NCBI RefSeq assembly: GCF_018977255.1
Contig: NW_024704754.1
Location: 14,570,001-14,634,000 of the forward strand
Source of the DNA: Callorhinchus milii
Lineage: Eukaryota
Length of the DNA: 64,000 nucleotides
Direction of reading: 5' to 3'
Shown: piece after piece, positions 37,541 to 50,615 of the stretch
Layout of the letters: the number at the start of each line of letters is the position of its first letter
Numbering within the stretch: the first letter of the stretch is position 1
Notes under the pieces: generated by a model
Database searches by the model: none
What the model saw: only the letters and a program-made list of their open reading frames with translations
Told to the model about the DNA's origin: nothing
Position numbers and translations under genes: made by a program

Positions 37541-38667
37541 GTCCCAAATTTACACAATCATTACGTCTTACTGTTGGTTGGACCATTGCCCATTGTTCAC
37601 AATCTGCATTTATGTTCTCATGTTCCACCCTCCCTAACTCTCAAGGGAGATACAGGATGAACATAAGGGAAAGAGAATTGTAACAATTAATAAAATGATT
37701 CAAATTAACATATTATGTGTAAGAATTTGCATGCAGCACTGGTAAATCCTCATCTGGAAAGAAATTACATTCATATGTCTGAGATCCCACAAGTGGGTAA
37801 ATCCTTGGGTGCACATTGTGAATGATTGACAAACCACTCTATAAACTCAGAATTTTGTACAAATCTCATTTATTCAATTACACAAACTACACTGTTTGAT
37901 GCATTCCCAAGAAAATGAAAGTTGAACATCATTGTTTATGACAGCGTAATTTTCATCAACACCCGTGAATTAAATTGATAAAAGTATGCGGAATGCTGCT
38001 TTAATAAACACAAAAAAAGGAAAAAGTCTTAGAAAATTATCCTCTTCATGTATAAGCCCGAGGCACACTGCTGTGATAAACCATTATCTTTCCAAATGTG
38101 ACAGCTGAACTTTTCTGTTTTACCCAAATCTACCGTAAGTACAATGTTGAGTGAATGTTGTGCACAGTGTTGTGAGTCACCTTGGGTCAGGCAAGTAATC
38201 ATCAATACTCAAGATCGCAAATTACTCACTTTAGTCCATCCAAACGAACAAACAAAACCAATGGCATTTGTATCCGATTCAATACCCAGCCAGGACCTGA
38301 ACCATACAGTTTCATGTTGTCAGCAGAGGGTACACAGTACGCTCACAGTGTGGTACTGAAGCATGAATCAGACAGAATCGATCTTAAGCGCCTTCTTTAA
38401 AATGATGTAGGTAACGACAATGTCAAGGATATGAACAAAGAGTGAAATAAAATCTTTAATTGACTCACATAAGCCTCATATGAACAAACGGTATAGGGCA
38501 AACTAAATTCAATAGGAAGTCTCAATTTTCTTTACTTAGTAACCTCAATGACTGGAGTTCCCTTAGGAATACTTATACTTGTTCGTATTTTCCCTTGCAC
38601 TGCATTTTTCTACTATTTGGATATTGAATACAAAGCTGTTATTCCTGAAGAATAGAAATGGAGGTAT

Positions 38668-39400
38668 ACAACAATAGCTTGCATTTATACAGAGCCCTTC
38701 ACATAGGGGGAGTGCCTCACAGCATTGAATAATGGTACAGTTTGACCATTTTCAATGAGAAAGGGGAGGTGACTGTAGGCACGGTCGAAGAGAAAATCTT
38801 CAGGTGCAATCAGATAAAGGGGTAAAGAGAGGGCAAAGTGGAGAGATTGAGCCAAGGAGTTCCAGAGGTTTGGGGCAGAGTGGCTGAAGGCACGGCCACT
38901 AATGTGGAGCAGAGGGGCCTAGGGATGGGCAGCAGGCGAGAGCCAGCCAAGCGAAGGGGGCGGGAAGAGCAGTGGGGTGTACGCAGGTCAGAGAGATAGG
39001 GAAGTGCCAGGACATGAAGCCATTTGTATGTGAGCATGAGGATCTTGAAATTGATCTATTCTGAGACAGGAAACCAAATGTGCCTGTCAAGTAATGCGAT
39101 GATGGGGATGAGGAATTTGGTAAGAGTAAGGATACAGGCAGCGGAATTCATTGGACTCTCTCACTGGTAGAGCTTGGGAGGCTGGTGAGGAGTGCATCGG
39201 ACAAATCAAGACAGGGTGTTGGATAAAGAAAGCGTGGTGGCCAGAGGCAGGCCATGTGGCAGAAGTGGAGAAAAGCGTCCTGATCAGGGACTGAATGAGT
39301 GTTAGGAAGACAACTGTGGATCGAGTCAGATGCCTAAATTACGCACAATTTCAGTGAGTTTGGGGGATAGACTGGGGAGGTTAAGGAGCATCATCAGGAG
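38668..39400 (-). mobile_element. L2 LINE 3' ~700 bp
   Basis: LTYKWLHVLALPYLSDL..PH.SSRPLRLA (L2 ORF2 C-terminus); tail acaacaatagcttgcatttatacag. Confidence 0.85.
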
Positions 39401-39789
39401 AGATAATAGCACAGGAAAAGCCACTGCACTCTGTAACCAGCTATAGAGAAACACAAGCCCTGAATTTCTCTCACCAACGTCATGTCAAGGGATCAAGGAC
39501 TACCTCGTGTGGGAAATGGTGTGAACCTTTGCTATTCTACTGTAACACAATGCATCAGTGCACCATGAAATAATGTCTTACGTTCAACACTGCTACGCAC
39601 AATGGCATTTCCCCCGCCCCCGTCAAGAAAAAATAAAATGGTTGCAATTTCATCGTATCAAAATACCGTATCTCAAAGTGCTTCACGAGAATTTACTGTC
39701 AAATATAGCAACTGCTCTTATCACCAAATATGATAGCAATTTGCAACAAAAGTCAAGAGGTGAAGGACCAAAAGGATTGTAAGCCAAGG

Positions 39790-39995
39790 AACTGGGAGAA
39801 ATTTTCTTCTCCTTTTAAACAGTCACTCGGAATCATTAATGTCCATCTTAAGCGTGGACAGATGAGGTCTTGTTTTAACATCTCATTCGAAGGATGGGAA
39901 TGAGGAAGTCCTCAGTAAATCTCTAGAGTAATGAGTTTAGTATCTGAGCTCAAGTTCTGATGTGGGACTTCAAAGCACAACCTTCTGACTTAAAG
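39790..39995 (-). mobile_element. SacSINE1-like DeuSINE fragment
   Basis: tttaacatctcattcgaaggatgg...ctcagta...tgtgggacttcaaagcacaaccttctgactt (reverse of the head). Confidence 0.75.
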
Positions 39996-40049
39996 GTGAA
40001 AATCCAAACAGAGCAATGAGGCGAATTCCAGCACTGACACAACTGCATG

Positions 40050-40560
40050 CATTGATATAATACAGATGTTCAAGAGAGATAAAAGATGCATATAACCAGC
40101 GCCCATTGCACAAACAGTGATAAAAATTACTTTGGTAATATTATTTCAAAATCCCTCACAATATTTTCCAGAAAAAAACACACACATCATAAACAGTCAA
40201 AATAAGCACCAAAATTGGGCTGTGTATTGTATTTGGGGAGAAAAGACAACGCAGGCAAGACAAGTGTAATTCATCATTTTTCTGATTTAATACCTAGGAA
40301 ATATATTAAAATAATAAAAAGAATCCTGAAAACCTCAGAATTTGCAGTGATAAATAGCACCTTCTGTCTTTATTGCATTATCCTTACAAACAGAAATATT
40401 GCGCGGTGGATTTTGGCAGACAAGTGCGATTATTTTCCAATAAAAAGTTGCATATTAAATTCCAGCATAAAAGTGGGTGGGTATTACTTTCTTGAGCTTT
40501 CACATTCTGCCTCGGGGGGGAAACGGGTTTAAAACTTAACTTTAATAACAAAACAGTATT
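40050..40560. promoter_or_regulatory. putative conserved non-coding element
   Basis: Repeat-free AT-rich block with tgatttaat, gtaattc and gcatattaaat motifs and retained CpGs (ttgcgcgg). Confidence 0.35.
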
Positions 40561-40779
40561 AGAAACAAAAAACTTACTTCAAGTCATTTACTTTTTGTTG
40601 ATATATATAGAAAAAACAAAAAAATTGCTTATCGAACCAAACAACTCAGCTGAAACACTATTGGATACAGCCACAAGGGGCGTGAGGCAGGTCTGACTAC
40701 ATATTGATAGGTGGTAGGAGTTGGCTCCTTCAACAGTGCAACAGCGGTCTCTGTGGAAGCCTGACACCCCCCACCATGT

Positions 40780-40930
40780 AGCGACAACACTGCGAGACAT
40801 TGAGAAAGATTTCCCCCCCACCCCCTCCCTCTCCCCCTGACTTGTTGTCAGACTCCGCCACTGTGAAGTGCTTCGGGACGCTACCCCATGTGAAGGGCGC
40901 TACATAAATGCAAGCTGTTGTTGCTGTTGA
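40780..40930 (+). mobile_element. L2 3' end, second tail subtype
   Basis: C-rich UTR, then gtgcttcgggacgctaccccatgtgaagggcgctacataaatgcaagctgttgttg. Confidence 0.8.
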
Positions 40931-40980
40931 AGTCGATGAAGAAACAGACGCACCTTTTCTTTGATAGTGGATCATTTGTA

Positions 40981-41144
40981 CAGGGTGACCAAAAAGCCAT
41001 GATACCATTTATTTATTTTAATAATAATTACTTTACTTTACCATCATTTTTTAAAGATTTATTAAACATTGTAATGGAGACATTCCCTTCTACACAGTGA
41101 TAAACGACTCACAAACTTATTAGTAGTTCTTTTTGGTCACCCTG
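40981..41144. mobile_element. Tc1/mariner-type MITE (164 bp)
   Basis: Perfect 16-bp TIRs CAGGGTGACCAAAAAG / CTTTTTGGTCACCCTG, TA on both sides (40979-80, 41145-46), AT-rich non-coding interior. Confidence 0.85.
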
Positions 41145-41453
41145 TACAAACTGTGTTGAGAAGACCAGAAGTCTGGAATTCATCCTCATCTTGAATTAAG
41201 ATTTAAAATTGTGGAATATACAACATTTTGAAACATTTTTAAATTCAGTCTTAACTTGGAAGTCAGATTTCCATCGTACTTTTCAAGAAACCGGCTTCCG
41301 AAATTCTGCACAATCGTAAACTTTAGGAACATAATCTCAAGTCTAAAACCATGAGATATTCTGATCTCTGATGCTCAGTTTGAACACATCAACTGGGGAT
41401 GGAAGACCGCATCTGAGTCAGATCGGAAATGAGTATCTCCTTGCGCATTGTGT

Positions 41454-41803
41454 ATGGAATCCTGTAGCTCAGTGGTTAGAGAACTTGCCTCGCAAGCGAG
41501 AGACCTGGGTTCAATTCCCGGCAAGTTTCCTTACTCCACATGCCTCTGTTTACCTAGCAGTAAGTAGGATCCTGGTTATTAGTCAATTGGCCGATTGCTT
41601 TTCCGGCAGTAACAAGTCCTTCAAAAAAAAAAAAATTGTTCACTCAATCCACGACTGTTTGTGAGATACTGCTGTGTGCAATTGGCTACCATGTTTCACC
41701 CATAAGATACACAATCAATTCACTTTATAGTATATTATGTGAAGCGCTTTGAGATGTCTCGAAGATGTGATAAAGGCGCTATATCAAATTCAAGGATTAT
41801 TAT
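41454..41803 (+). mobile_element. full-length tRNA-Ala/Deu SINE (long variant)
   Basis: A box, B box ggttcaattcc, an extra internal tgcctctgtttacctagcagtaagtagg segment, Deu domain and tail. Confidence 0.95.
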
Positions 41804-42519
41804 CCAGATTAGTAAAAACAAAGAGTGATGACCTTATTAGTCAAGTCAATCCAAAGTACCTATTCAGGATGGTAAAGTTCTGGCAATATTTGGAAGAGCA
41901 GGGAATCTTTAAAACAATTAGATATTTTCAGCTTCTCTTCCTCAGTTTGAAAACTTAATCTGGGGAAGCAAACTTTGTGTCCTGGCTGATATTTCTCCTT
42001 TGGGTAAACTCCCCAACACAGATTGATTGGAAATTGATCTGACTGCTGCCGTGTTTATCCTAATGACATCAGTGACAAAACTTCACAGTGATTTACTTTA
42101 AGTACTTAGAGACATTTTGATGTTATAAAGCATGAGTATCTCAAGGAAGAACTATTAATAAGTTTGTGAGTCTTTTATCACTATATAGAAGGGAATGTCT
42201 CCCGGTATCCTGGTCAACAATCCTCCAGATAAAACTGGTTACTTCATGGATGTTTGTAGGATATTGCTGTGTATAAATTAGCTGCTGAGTTCACCTATCA
42301 ATGTAGCTTACAGCAAAAGTCCTGTTAAGTGCTTTGAGATATTTTGACGAAGTGATATGGCGCTATATAAAATAAATGATTATTATGAAATCAGCACATT
42401 AAAAAGCCTAGCAACATTATATTTTTATTCATCGGGATTGTTGCTAATACTTGAAGGTTACGTTGGTTACTGACAGAATAGAATTCCTTCCGCTAAAATG
42501 ATTTGTTTTACTCGTGATG

Positions 42520-42850
42520 CCATGACCTGTGGTATTCTAATGGCACTGAATTGAGAGATAACAACTTGGTGCCAAGATAAGGCTATTCCTAAACTGAGGA
42601 CATTTGAGAATGATGGGATGAATAACAGGGGAAATAAACTGTTCATGGTGATTACCACAAACTGTAGTTGAGGCAGAGTCCCGAGATTCTTTTAAAAGTG
42701 AATTAAATATACTATACAGTATTCTTGAGGAGAAAGAAGATTAAAAGCTAAGGGGAACAAGCAGGTTTAAATTATATGGTCCATTTGGAGAGAAAAAAGC
42801 TCAGACTGATGGGCCAAATGACCTGTTTCTCTATAATTTTATTTAATCCT
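42520..42850 (+). mobile_element. CR1 LINE 3' end, degraded
   Basis: ctgtagttgaggcagagtcc...ttttaaaagtgaattaaat...gatgggccaaatgacctgtttc. Confidence 0.6.
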
Positions 42851-43575
42851 ATGGGACATTTCGGAGCTGTTATTGAGAAAAGCTACTGAACAAAATGATT
42901 CCTAGAAATTTACACTTCCCTGTGGAGCATATGGGAGGTGCAGAGAAAGGACACTGTTCCACTAAAATCTTTACTGGTTTAGAAAGATGTCGAAAGCACA
43001 AGGAACAGCCGCTGATGTCCCCAGTACATTGCCATCCAGATGACCCATTCCTTCCAGCCAGTAGTGTTTCTGACACCAGCCAGGCTATTGGGGAAAGACT
43101 CCAATTTATGACTCACAGAGAGGGACAAGGTGCGAGAAAGACCCCGTGGATAAGCCAAGTTCTTGAGTACATTCTCGCGGTCGGGAATAGAATTGCTGCT
43201 CTCGGGGCAGGGGGGGAGTGGGGGAGAAAAAAACAAATTAAAAGGCAAATAAAGTCTTGGTAATATTTAGAATAATAAATGACTTTTATGAACCTTATAT
43301 CGGCTAATGCATCTCATGTTTTATTCATCTCAATGAGTCAGCATTTCTAAATAGATGGCTATTTGGCAAATAATCCAATTGAGGGATCTGTGAGATAGAG
43401 TAATGGAGGATTACTGTATCTGAATGTATAAAGGTACATCCGTTTGGAGTAAGTCAAAGAGAACAATTTAATAACTTGGCTATTATGATCTTGCAGACTT
43501 CCCAAGGGTGATAGATTGCACACACACAACTCTCTGAGTTTCGCCCACACATTCCCTGTCATTCATTATTGATTG

Positions 43576-43718
43576 ATTGGCTGCCGCGTTTCGCCCACAA
43601 AATACAAAGTCACTACACTTTACAGTACATTCTGTAAAGTGCTTTGAGACATCTTGAAGATGTGATAAGGCCCTATATCAAATGCAAGGATTATTATTAT
43701 TATTATTGTTATTATTGT
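43576..43718 (+). mobile_element. tRNA-Ala/Deu SINE 3' part
   Basis: attggctgccgcgtttcgcccacaaaatac...gagacatcttgaagatgtgataagg...caaatgcaaggattattatt. Confidence 0.9.
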
Positions 43719-43824
43719 TGAGGGATTTGAAAACGAGTGATAGGATTTTTAAATCGATCCGTTAGGTAATTGGGAGCCAGTGGAGCCTGGCAGGAACTGG
43801 CATGATGGGTGGGTGGGGGGGGGG

Positions 43825-44005
43825 GGGTTGGTGACCAATTTTATTGGGGGAATTTTGGCCAGGACACTGGGAGAAATTCCCTTCTCTTTTCAATTAGTGC
43901 CATGGGATCTTTATCAACGACCGGAACAGCAGACAGGGCTTGGTTTAACGCTTCAGCCGAAGGACAGCAACACACCCCAGCACCTCACTGGAGCATCAGC
44001 TTAGG
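43825..44005 (-). mobile_element. SacSINE1-like DeuSINE body
   Basis: ttggccaggacactgggagaaattccc...tagtgccatgggatcttt...ggtttaacg...cactggagcatcagc. Confidence 0.8.
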
Positions 44006-46074
44006 CTGTATAAGTTCCAAAATGGAGAAAGAGAGAGAGGATGAATGACAGGAGGGAAGGGAGTAGGAAGAACTCAGCAGTAAAGGGACAGCCAGAACTC
44101 ACACACAAATGATGAGAAGCAGAAAGTTTAACAACATATGGTCAGACCCTCTAGAGTAGCAAGGACTTCCAGAAAGTCAATCCTGGGTCTGAGTTCATTA
44201 TCGGATGTTTCCCTAGATAACAGCAATCACTACATTTGAACGTAAGCTGAGAGACGATACGAAGTGAAAATATTATTTGTGTTATTTATTTTGTTTGCAG
44301 GCAGCTATGCAGCAGTGGGGGAGAGGGAGGGAAAGATCAATGACAAAAGGAAGGAAATTCTTGTTTTAAAAATTAGAAGATCAAAGGCTCAGAAAGAAGA
44401 TTGATCCAGCTCCGCGCATCCAGGCACATTATCTTTTAATTTTGTACACAGGAAATGATAAAAACCATCACCAATCAACATGATGGCATACAGGGGAAAT
44501 GTTGGTCATTAGCTCCAGGAACAAGTGTAGTGAATGTGTACCAAACAGCATTTAACTGGTCTCTAAGTAAGCAGGTTTATTAGCAGGCTATTCAAGCCAA
44601 GTTGAGTATATACACAGCCTTAATTTTCCCTTCTAAAAGAGTTCAGTCCAACAGGGAATGGTACTCATGCTGTATGGGACAGGCAAACAGAAGGTAAAAA
44701 ACAAACAAAGGACAACATCAGAGCAACCTCTTAATCCGCAATTATCCTTGTAACTATTTCCATTCCTTTTATCATCCATTAGCCTGGATACCCATCATCC
44801 CAGCAAATACCATGTCAGCCCTTTCATCCCTGGGGTTTTCCTGGACCAGCGGGACCCAGTGCAGTGGCCTTGAGTGACACGTAAGATTATTAGCTCTTAA
44901 ATCCATTTATCTGGTCCATTGAACAGTAAATTAAAGCACTCGTTAACAATGACAACAACCTTCTTTATTTTCTACTGTTCGAGCATTAAGTGGGTATTTC
45001 TAATTTCCTCAAACACAGTCATTTGTTCACATGAATATGCAAACCTCACAGGTCTAAACACATTTAATCCAATGACATGAATATGTTATGGAAAGTTACT
45101 ATTAAGTGAATATTAGATCCTTTTGGTGCAAGTGGTAATACATATTACTATATTCTGAAATATTGACACCATTTGCTGTCACCATTGGCTTCATTCAACG
45201 AGCAATTTTACATAATTGTCTCAGAACCAGAATAAAGGACATCTGAAAGGATTAATAGGTATTATTATTATTATTTCTTTCATTTTGTTGCCTTCTCATC
45301 AGATTTTACATGCTGGAAAAAACTCTTATCTGGTGCATAATGTTTCAGTGCAGTGATGGACAATAGACTTGGGGTTTAATTATCTAGAAAAAGCGTTACA
45401 TTATTGGGCAAATATCAGTAATGTATCCTTTCTCAATGACTACAAAGAATGTCTCGAATATTTGGAATTGAACCTCTGGGCTTTTAACAGAATAAAATGT
45501 AAAACTGAAAGCAATTTCCACTTGCTACAGACAAGCATCATTTAGGAGTGAAGACAAATCTACTTTTTTTTAAAAAAATCTTCAATTTAGTAAATGTTCC
45601 CAGCAGCTTATATGAATATTGTCTTTCAAAGCTATAAACCGCTCTTTCGATGGAGACCGATATTTATCTTTGCTCAATGGCTGCGGGAGATAATACAGCA
45701 CTACAACCAGACAAGCATTATCATTTCAAAAATAAATGGCCGAACTCTTGCCTTATATTAACCCTAAAATGATTCTTTGGAGTATTTTATACTGTGCAAA
45801 AAAAAATGTGGCTTCTGATGAATAAAAATGTCACTGCTTCACCCGTGCCTGCAAAGTGCCCCCAGAAGCTTTATTCTGTGCTCCTCGTTCATTATGAGAA
45901 CAACAATCGATTTATCCAAGTTATTACACCGATTGGTTTCCAGTGCAAATTGCCAAATACACCATTCCACTCTAACCCCTATGTATATCAGTCTGTCCCC
46001 TTTTTGGAAAAGGGCTACAATTATAAAGCACTTTTCATATGTTGGCAGGATGTCTCAAAGCCCTTACATTTAAA

Positions 46075-46185
46075 ATAATAATAATGCTTGCATTGAAATA
46101 GTGCCTTATCACGTCTTCGAGACGTCTCAAAGCGCTTCACAGGATATACTGTAAAGGGAATTGACTGTATATATTGTGGACGAAA
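46075..46185 (-). mobile_element. tRNA-Ala/Deu SINE 3' stub
   Basis: ataataataatgcttgcattg...ccttatcacgtcttcgagacgtctcaaagcgcttcacagg. Confidence 0.9.
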
Positions 46186-47959
46186 CATAAAATGTAAAAC
46201 ATAAAACATAGAATGTTAACAACCTATATTTATACAGCATCTTTCACATAAAATAAGTGTCTCAAAGTGCATTATAGAATGAGATTAATTTCAAATGAAG
46301 TGACTATTGTTAATCGAGGTAAACACGAGAACTAAATTGCACAAACAACGTCCTTCACTCATGCAAGCGATAGTTGGCACAAATCTACTGTGCCCACTGC
46401 AGCAGCTGCAGGAACAACAATGCATGCACACCAATGTTTGAGGGCAATCCCCTGTGTAAGCTTTGTGCTAACGCAATTTGTCCTTAATCACAATTTCTCC
46501 CTCGCTCCTCCACTGTAAAAGCAGGGCTTCTGATGACAAGATGACTACATTGTAATTCACATATGCAATGTACTATCTTGATTAAAAGTCTGAATCTAGT
46601 GTAGATAAAATGAGGGACACAAGAAGAAAAACATTAAGCGTTGCCTGTTAGAAACAAATCTATACAATGATTAGACCATGGCTTGTGACAATGCTGCTTG
46701 TATTTTATTTGTCTATTATCCTGAGGGTAGCACAGACTGTGTCTACCAATTGCACTCCGTTATACCAGCTATTTCAACAATACTCTCGGGTGCGCCAGGC
46801 AGGAGCTAATTGTTCTACATCGCCAGGCCTCTAAATCCTGCCAGCTCTGGCTTTAATTATAGACATCTGTCACTGCTCGCCACTCAGTAGTAACCGTAAC
46901 ATCAATATACAACAATAACACTGAAATGCCTCCAGGCACCGCATGGAGACCTGAAACGAGAGTCGGGCAATCATCTGCTTTCTTCCAACTATCTGTCAAA
47001 TGCTCCCAGCCACAAATTGCTCTCTTTGTGTCCTTAGGATAATCTGTTGATTTATTGCGTGGCTTCTAATATTTACAGCCCAACCTGCCTCCTAGCGCGC
47101 TGAAGAGCAATGCTCAAAAGAACTCGTTTGCTCCTGCAGGACTTAAAAGAACGACATCAGTCTTAGGCAGGTTTGGAGAAATATTTACTCCTGTGCAAAA
47201 TGCAGGCCTTGAAATACTCCACGTGAATCTTTTACTGAAACATTACCTCCATTTTTATTTTTATCTAAAGCCTGTAAATATTGTGTATGTTTCCAGGATG
47301 CAAACAAATGACAACAGTATTTGGCAAAAGGGTTAATAACCTTTTAAGAACAGGATAGCTTTTTTACACACACCTCTTTAATACACTATGCTTTAGTTCA
47401 GTCAGGGAATGTGGGCGAAGAACCAGCCTCAATATCCTTTGCTGTTCCTAGATCTTCGGTCAATATTTTACTTCGATCTGTCCCTTCTGCTGAAAATCTC
47501 TATCTGGTCAGCACAACAAATACAGCTAGTGTAGAACCACCCATCTGTCCTCACAGGTGTCTAACAGACTCTGAGATCTGTCTGTGAAAAACCTGCATGG
47601 TCTGTGCGGTCTGTGTCTGTCTGTGTGTGAAAGTGAGTATGTGCGAGAGAGACAGACAGTCTGACAGAGAGATAGAGAGGACCACGAGATAAAGCTAACA
47701 ACGCATCTGGGATTTTACAAAGAGATATTTAAAAAAAATCAAATGTTTTGTCCATTTAATTATAAATATTTACAGTAAACCAACACCCAATACATTAAAA
47801 AAATTAACTATACTGTATATACAAGTAAAGTTAATAAACAGGGGACTCCTCAATCAAAATACTGTACAGCAAAATTAAAATAGCACATCAAAGAATATTA
47901 ATTATTGCTCTTTGGTGATCGTATTTTCAGTTTGCTTCATTCTGAAATTCATTCTCATT

Positions 47960-48306
47960 GTGGAATCCTGTAGTGAATTGGTTAGAGCACTCGCCTCACA
48001 AGTGAGAGGATCCGGGCTCGATTGTCGAGCAGGACAAACCTTTGGTACGTTTCCTAGTTGTTAGTCGATTAACGGATCATTTTTCCGGGGGTAATAATCC
48101 CTCCAAAAAAAATATTTAAAAATAATAAAAATTTGGTCACCCAATCCATGACTGTTTGTGGGACACTGCTGTGAGCAATTGGCTGCCGCATTTTACCCAA
48201 GAAATATGCAGTCAATTCACTTTACAGTCTACTCTGTGAAGCGCTTTGAGACGCCTCAACAACGTGATAAGGCGCTATATCAAAATGAAAGATCATTATT
48301 ATTATT
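47960..48306 (+). mobile_element. full-length tRNA-Ala/Deu SINE (long variant)
   Basis: gtggaatcctgtagtgaattggttagagcactcgcc head, ttagtcgatt..gatcatttttccgggggtaataatccctcc, Deu domain and tail. Confidence 0.9.
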
Positions 48307-48754
48307 CTCTACATCACGAGACTTACCTTAAAACATAAGCATTCGGTGCTTCTCATTTGTAGCAGAGAACATAATTTTATCTATGTTTTTAAACCAGGCA
48401 ACAGTAAGTGGCTTTCCCAATTTTAATCTTTAAAAGGAGATATCTAGAGGTAGTAAGAGGGAGGGAAGAAGGCACATTCATGGGAAATAAGATCTGCTAT
48501 GATCTAATAAACTGGCAATTGATGTGCTGAACGGCCTCCTCTTGTTCATATGTTCCTAGAAATAATAATTGTGGTCACAATGGATTATTTGATATTTCAC
48601 AATGCCCTTCATCTCTGAAGTGAATAATATAGCTAAAACTTGGGGAAGAACTTTAGCACAAAATTCTCAGAATGGCTTTGGTACTGGGCTGACTTTGGAG
48701 GAAAAAAAGGTTTAGTATTAATCCAGTAATTTGTTCAAAAGTGCCAGGGAGCTA

Positions 48755-49050
48755 CGTTTTATTTTTGGTCAGCTGGGTGTGTCACATGTGGAAACCCATC
48801 ACCGTGCTTAGGAGTATCCAAACCAAGCTGAGATTTCCATGCATCCACCTATACATGGAAATCCCAGAGATAGATTGTTGGAATGGAATGCGCACTCTCT
48901 CCCTGGAGGGACACATCCAGCTTATCTAATTCCGGAAAGTATTAGGCGCACGTTGGCAAGAGCCAAGGCTTGGGGACCCCAGAGTGTGCATTGGGGTAAC
49001 TACTGGAGTCTAACCAGCTAAACCAGTATAGCTTGACATTGAAATTGCTG
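48755..49050 (-). mobile_element. family X, best-preserved copy
   Basis: tttttggtcagctgggtgtgtcacatgtggaaacccatcaccg...gatttccatgcatccacctatacatggaaatc...gagccaaggcttggggaccccagag. Confidence 0.85.
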
Positions 49051-49317
49051 GAGGCTCCCTCCGCTCAGCCGGAGCCCTACAGGTTGATATGGCATTAGTA
49101 GGTCACAGAGGTATGAAGAAACAAGGCCATTGAGGGCTTTGAAGGCGAGGACGCTTACCATCTCCCCATTCCAGCAAAAGGCCGATTCTTAATTGACTCA
49201 CCTGCAAAATGGAGCATATTCTGACAGGTTTGGGTTTACCTATATTTGTGAAAAGGAAACAAATTACCACGGGTTTCTTTTTTTAAAAAAATTAAAGCAA
49301 CATAGATTGAAGGTTGA

Positions 49318-49525
49318 ATAACAACAATAACAACAAATGACATTTATAGAACGCCTTTCACGTCGGGAGGACGTCCCAAAGCACTGAACAGTCAGGTGTC
49401 GGGGCCTGAGCATAGGGGAGGGGTGGTGTAGGGGTGAGGGAAGGCAGAGAGATGGGAGGGCGACCAAAGGTATGATCGAAGAGAAGGGTCTTGAGACCGG
49501 CCTTGAAGGAGACAAGGGAGGATAA
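49318..49525 (-). mobile_element. L2 LINE 3' end
   Basis: SLVSFKAGLKTLLFDHTFG and tail gggacgtcctcccgacgtgaaaggcg...(gtt)n. Confidence 0.9.
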
Positions 49526-50231
49526 CACTGGATATTTGCATTTATTGGACATTGAAAAGTTGCAGAGGGCAGTAGCAGGTTCCTGTGGAGCAATGAAAAG
49601 GCACTAAATATTCTGTTTAACTCAGAATATTTCCCAGGAAATGTCCAGAGATATTTGAAGAGATGACAATTGGGCGACTTGTTTAATCACAAATGCAGAG
49701 CAAATGTGCAGCTTACACAATGGCATTGAAAGCTATTGAATGCTCCTGGCCTTGGCCGTGCCGTCCAACAAAGCGTAGAGTGAATGGGGAAGAGGGAATT
49801 TGAAGTTGATTTGTATTAAGCAGTTTTTGCACAGCTTCAAGTAGCCAGCCGTTGAGTGGGATTGGTGGCACATTATATAACCTCTAGTGGTTGCCTCATT
49901 ACTGTGTTTTACAGTTAAACTGTTATTGTGCAGAGCACAGTGGAGGGGGTGTGATATAAGTGAAAGGGTAATAAAAATCATGGTGACATATAGCAACACT
50001 GGATCAGATAACTTCAGCTTTTAAGTCATCTGTAATATTGCTAACATTTTACAGCAGTGGAAAGTATGCTGTGTGTGTGGAATGTTATCTGTATCAGTGT
50101 TTAGATCTTCCCAGTTGCCTATTTAGAATCCAATTCAGTAATATTTGTGTTTTAAATTAACATATTTATACTTCCACAATCTATTTAATAGAAGAGATTA
50201 TTTACATAGCATTATTTACATGGAGTGTAAG

Positions 50232-50615
50232 AGGTTCAAAATCCTCTTCCTTACCTTCAAAGTTCTCCATGGCCTTGCTCCTTCCTACCTCTGTGACCTG
50301 CTAACCCCACATCAACCTGCTCCACATCCTCCGCCCTGCCATCCCACCATCAGGCCTTCAGCCTTTCTGCCCCCCCCTTTGGAACTCGATCCCACATTTC
50401 CTTTGCATGGCTCCCTCCATTGCCTCCTTCGAGGCACGTCTCAAGACTCTCCTCTTCGATCACACTTTCCCACACCCTCCTACCCCTACCTTCCCTGCCT
50501 TCCAACCCTCCTGATCCCAACCCCCAGCTCAGGTTCAAATCCCTAACTGTCCAGCACCTTGGGACGTCCTCCTGATGTGAAAGGCACTATACATATGTAA
50601 TTTGTTGTCGTCGTT
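50232..50615 (+). mobile_element. L2 LINE 3' region
   Basis: FKILFLTFKVLHGLAPSYLCDLL (classic L2 motif), then tail gggacgtcctcctgatgtgaaaggcac. Confidence 0.9.

Noticed and set aside
42895-43263. 122-aa ORF in unique sequence
   Set aside because: No recognisable domain, no convincing splice sites, and a length compatible with chance.
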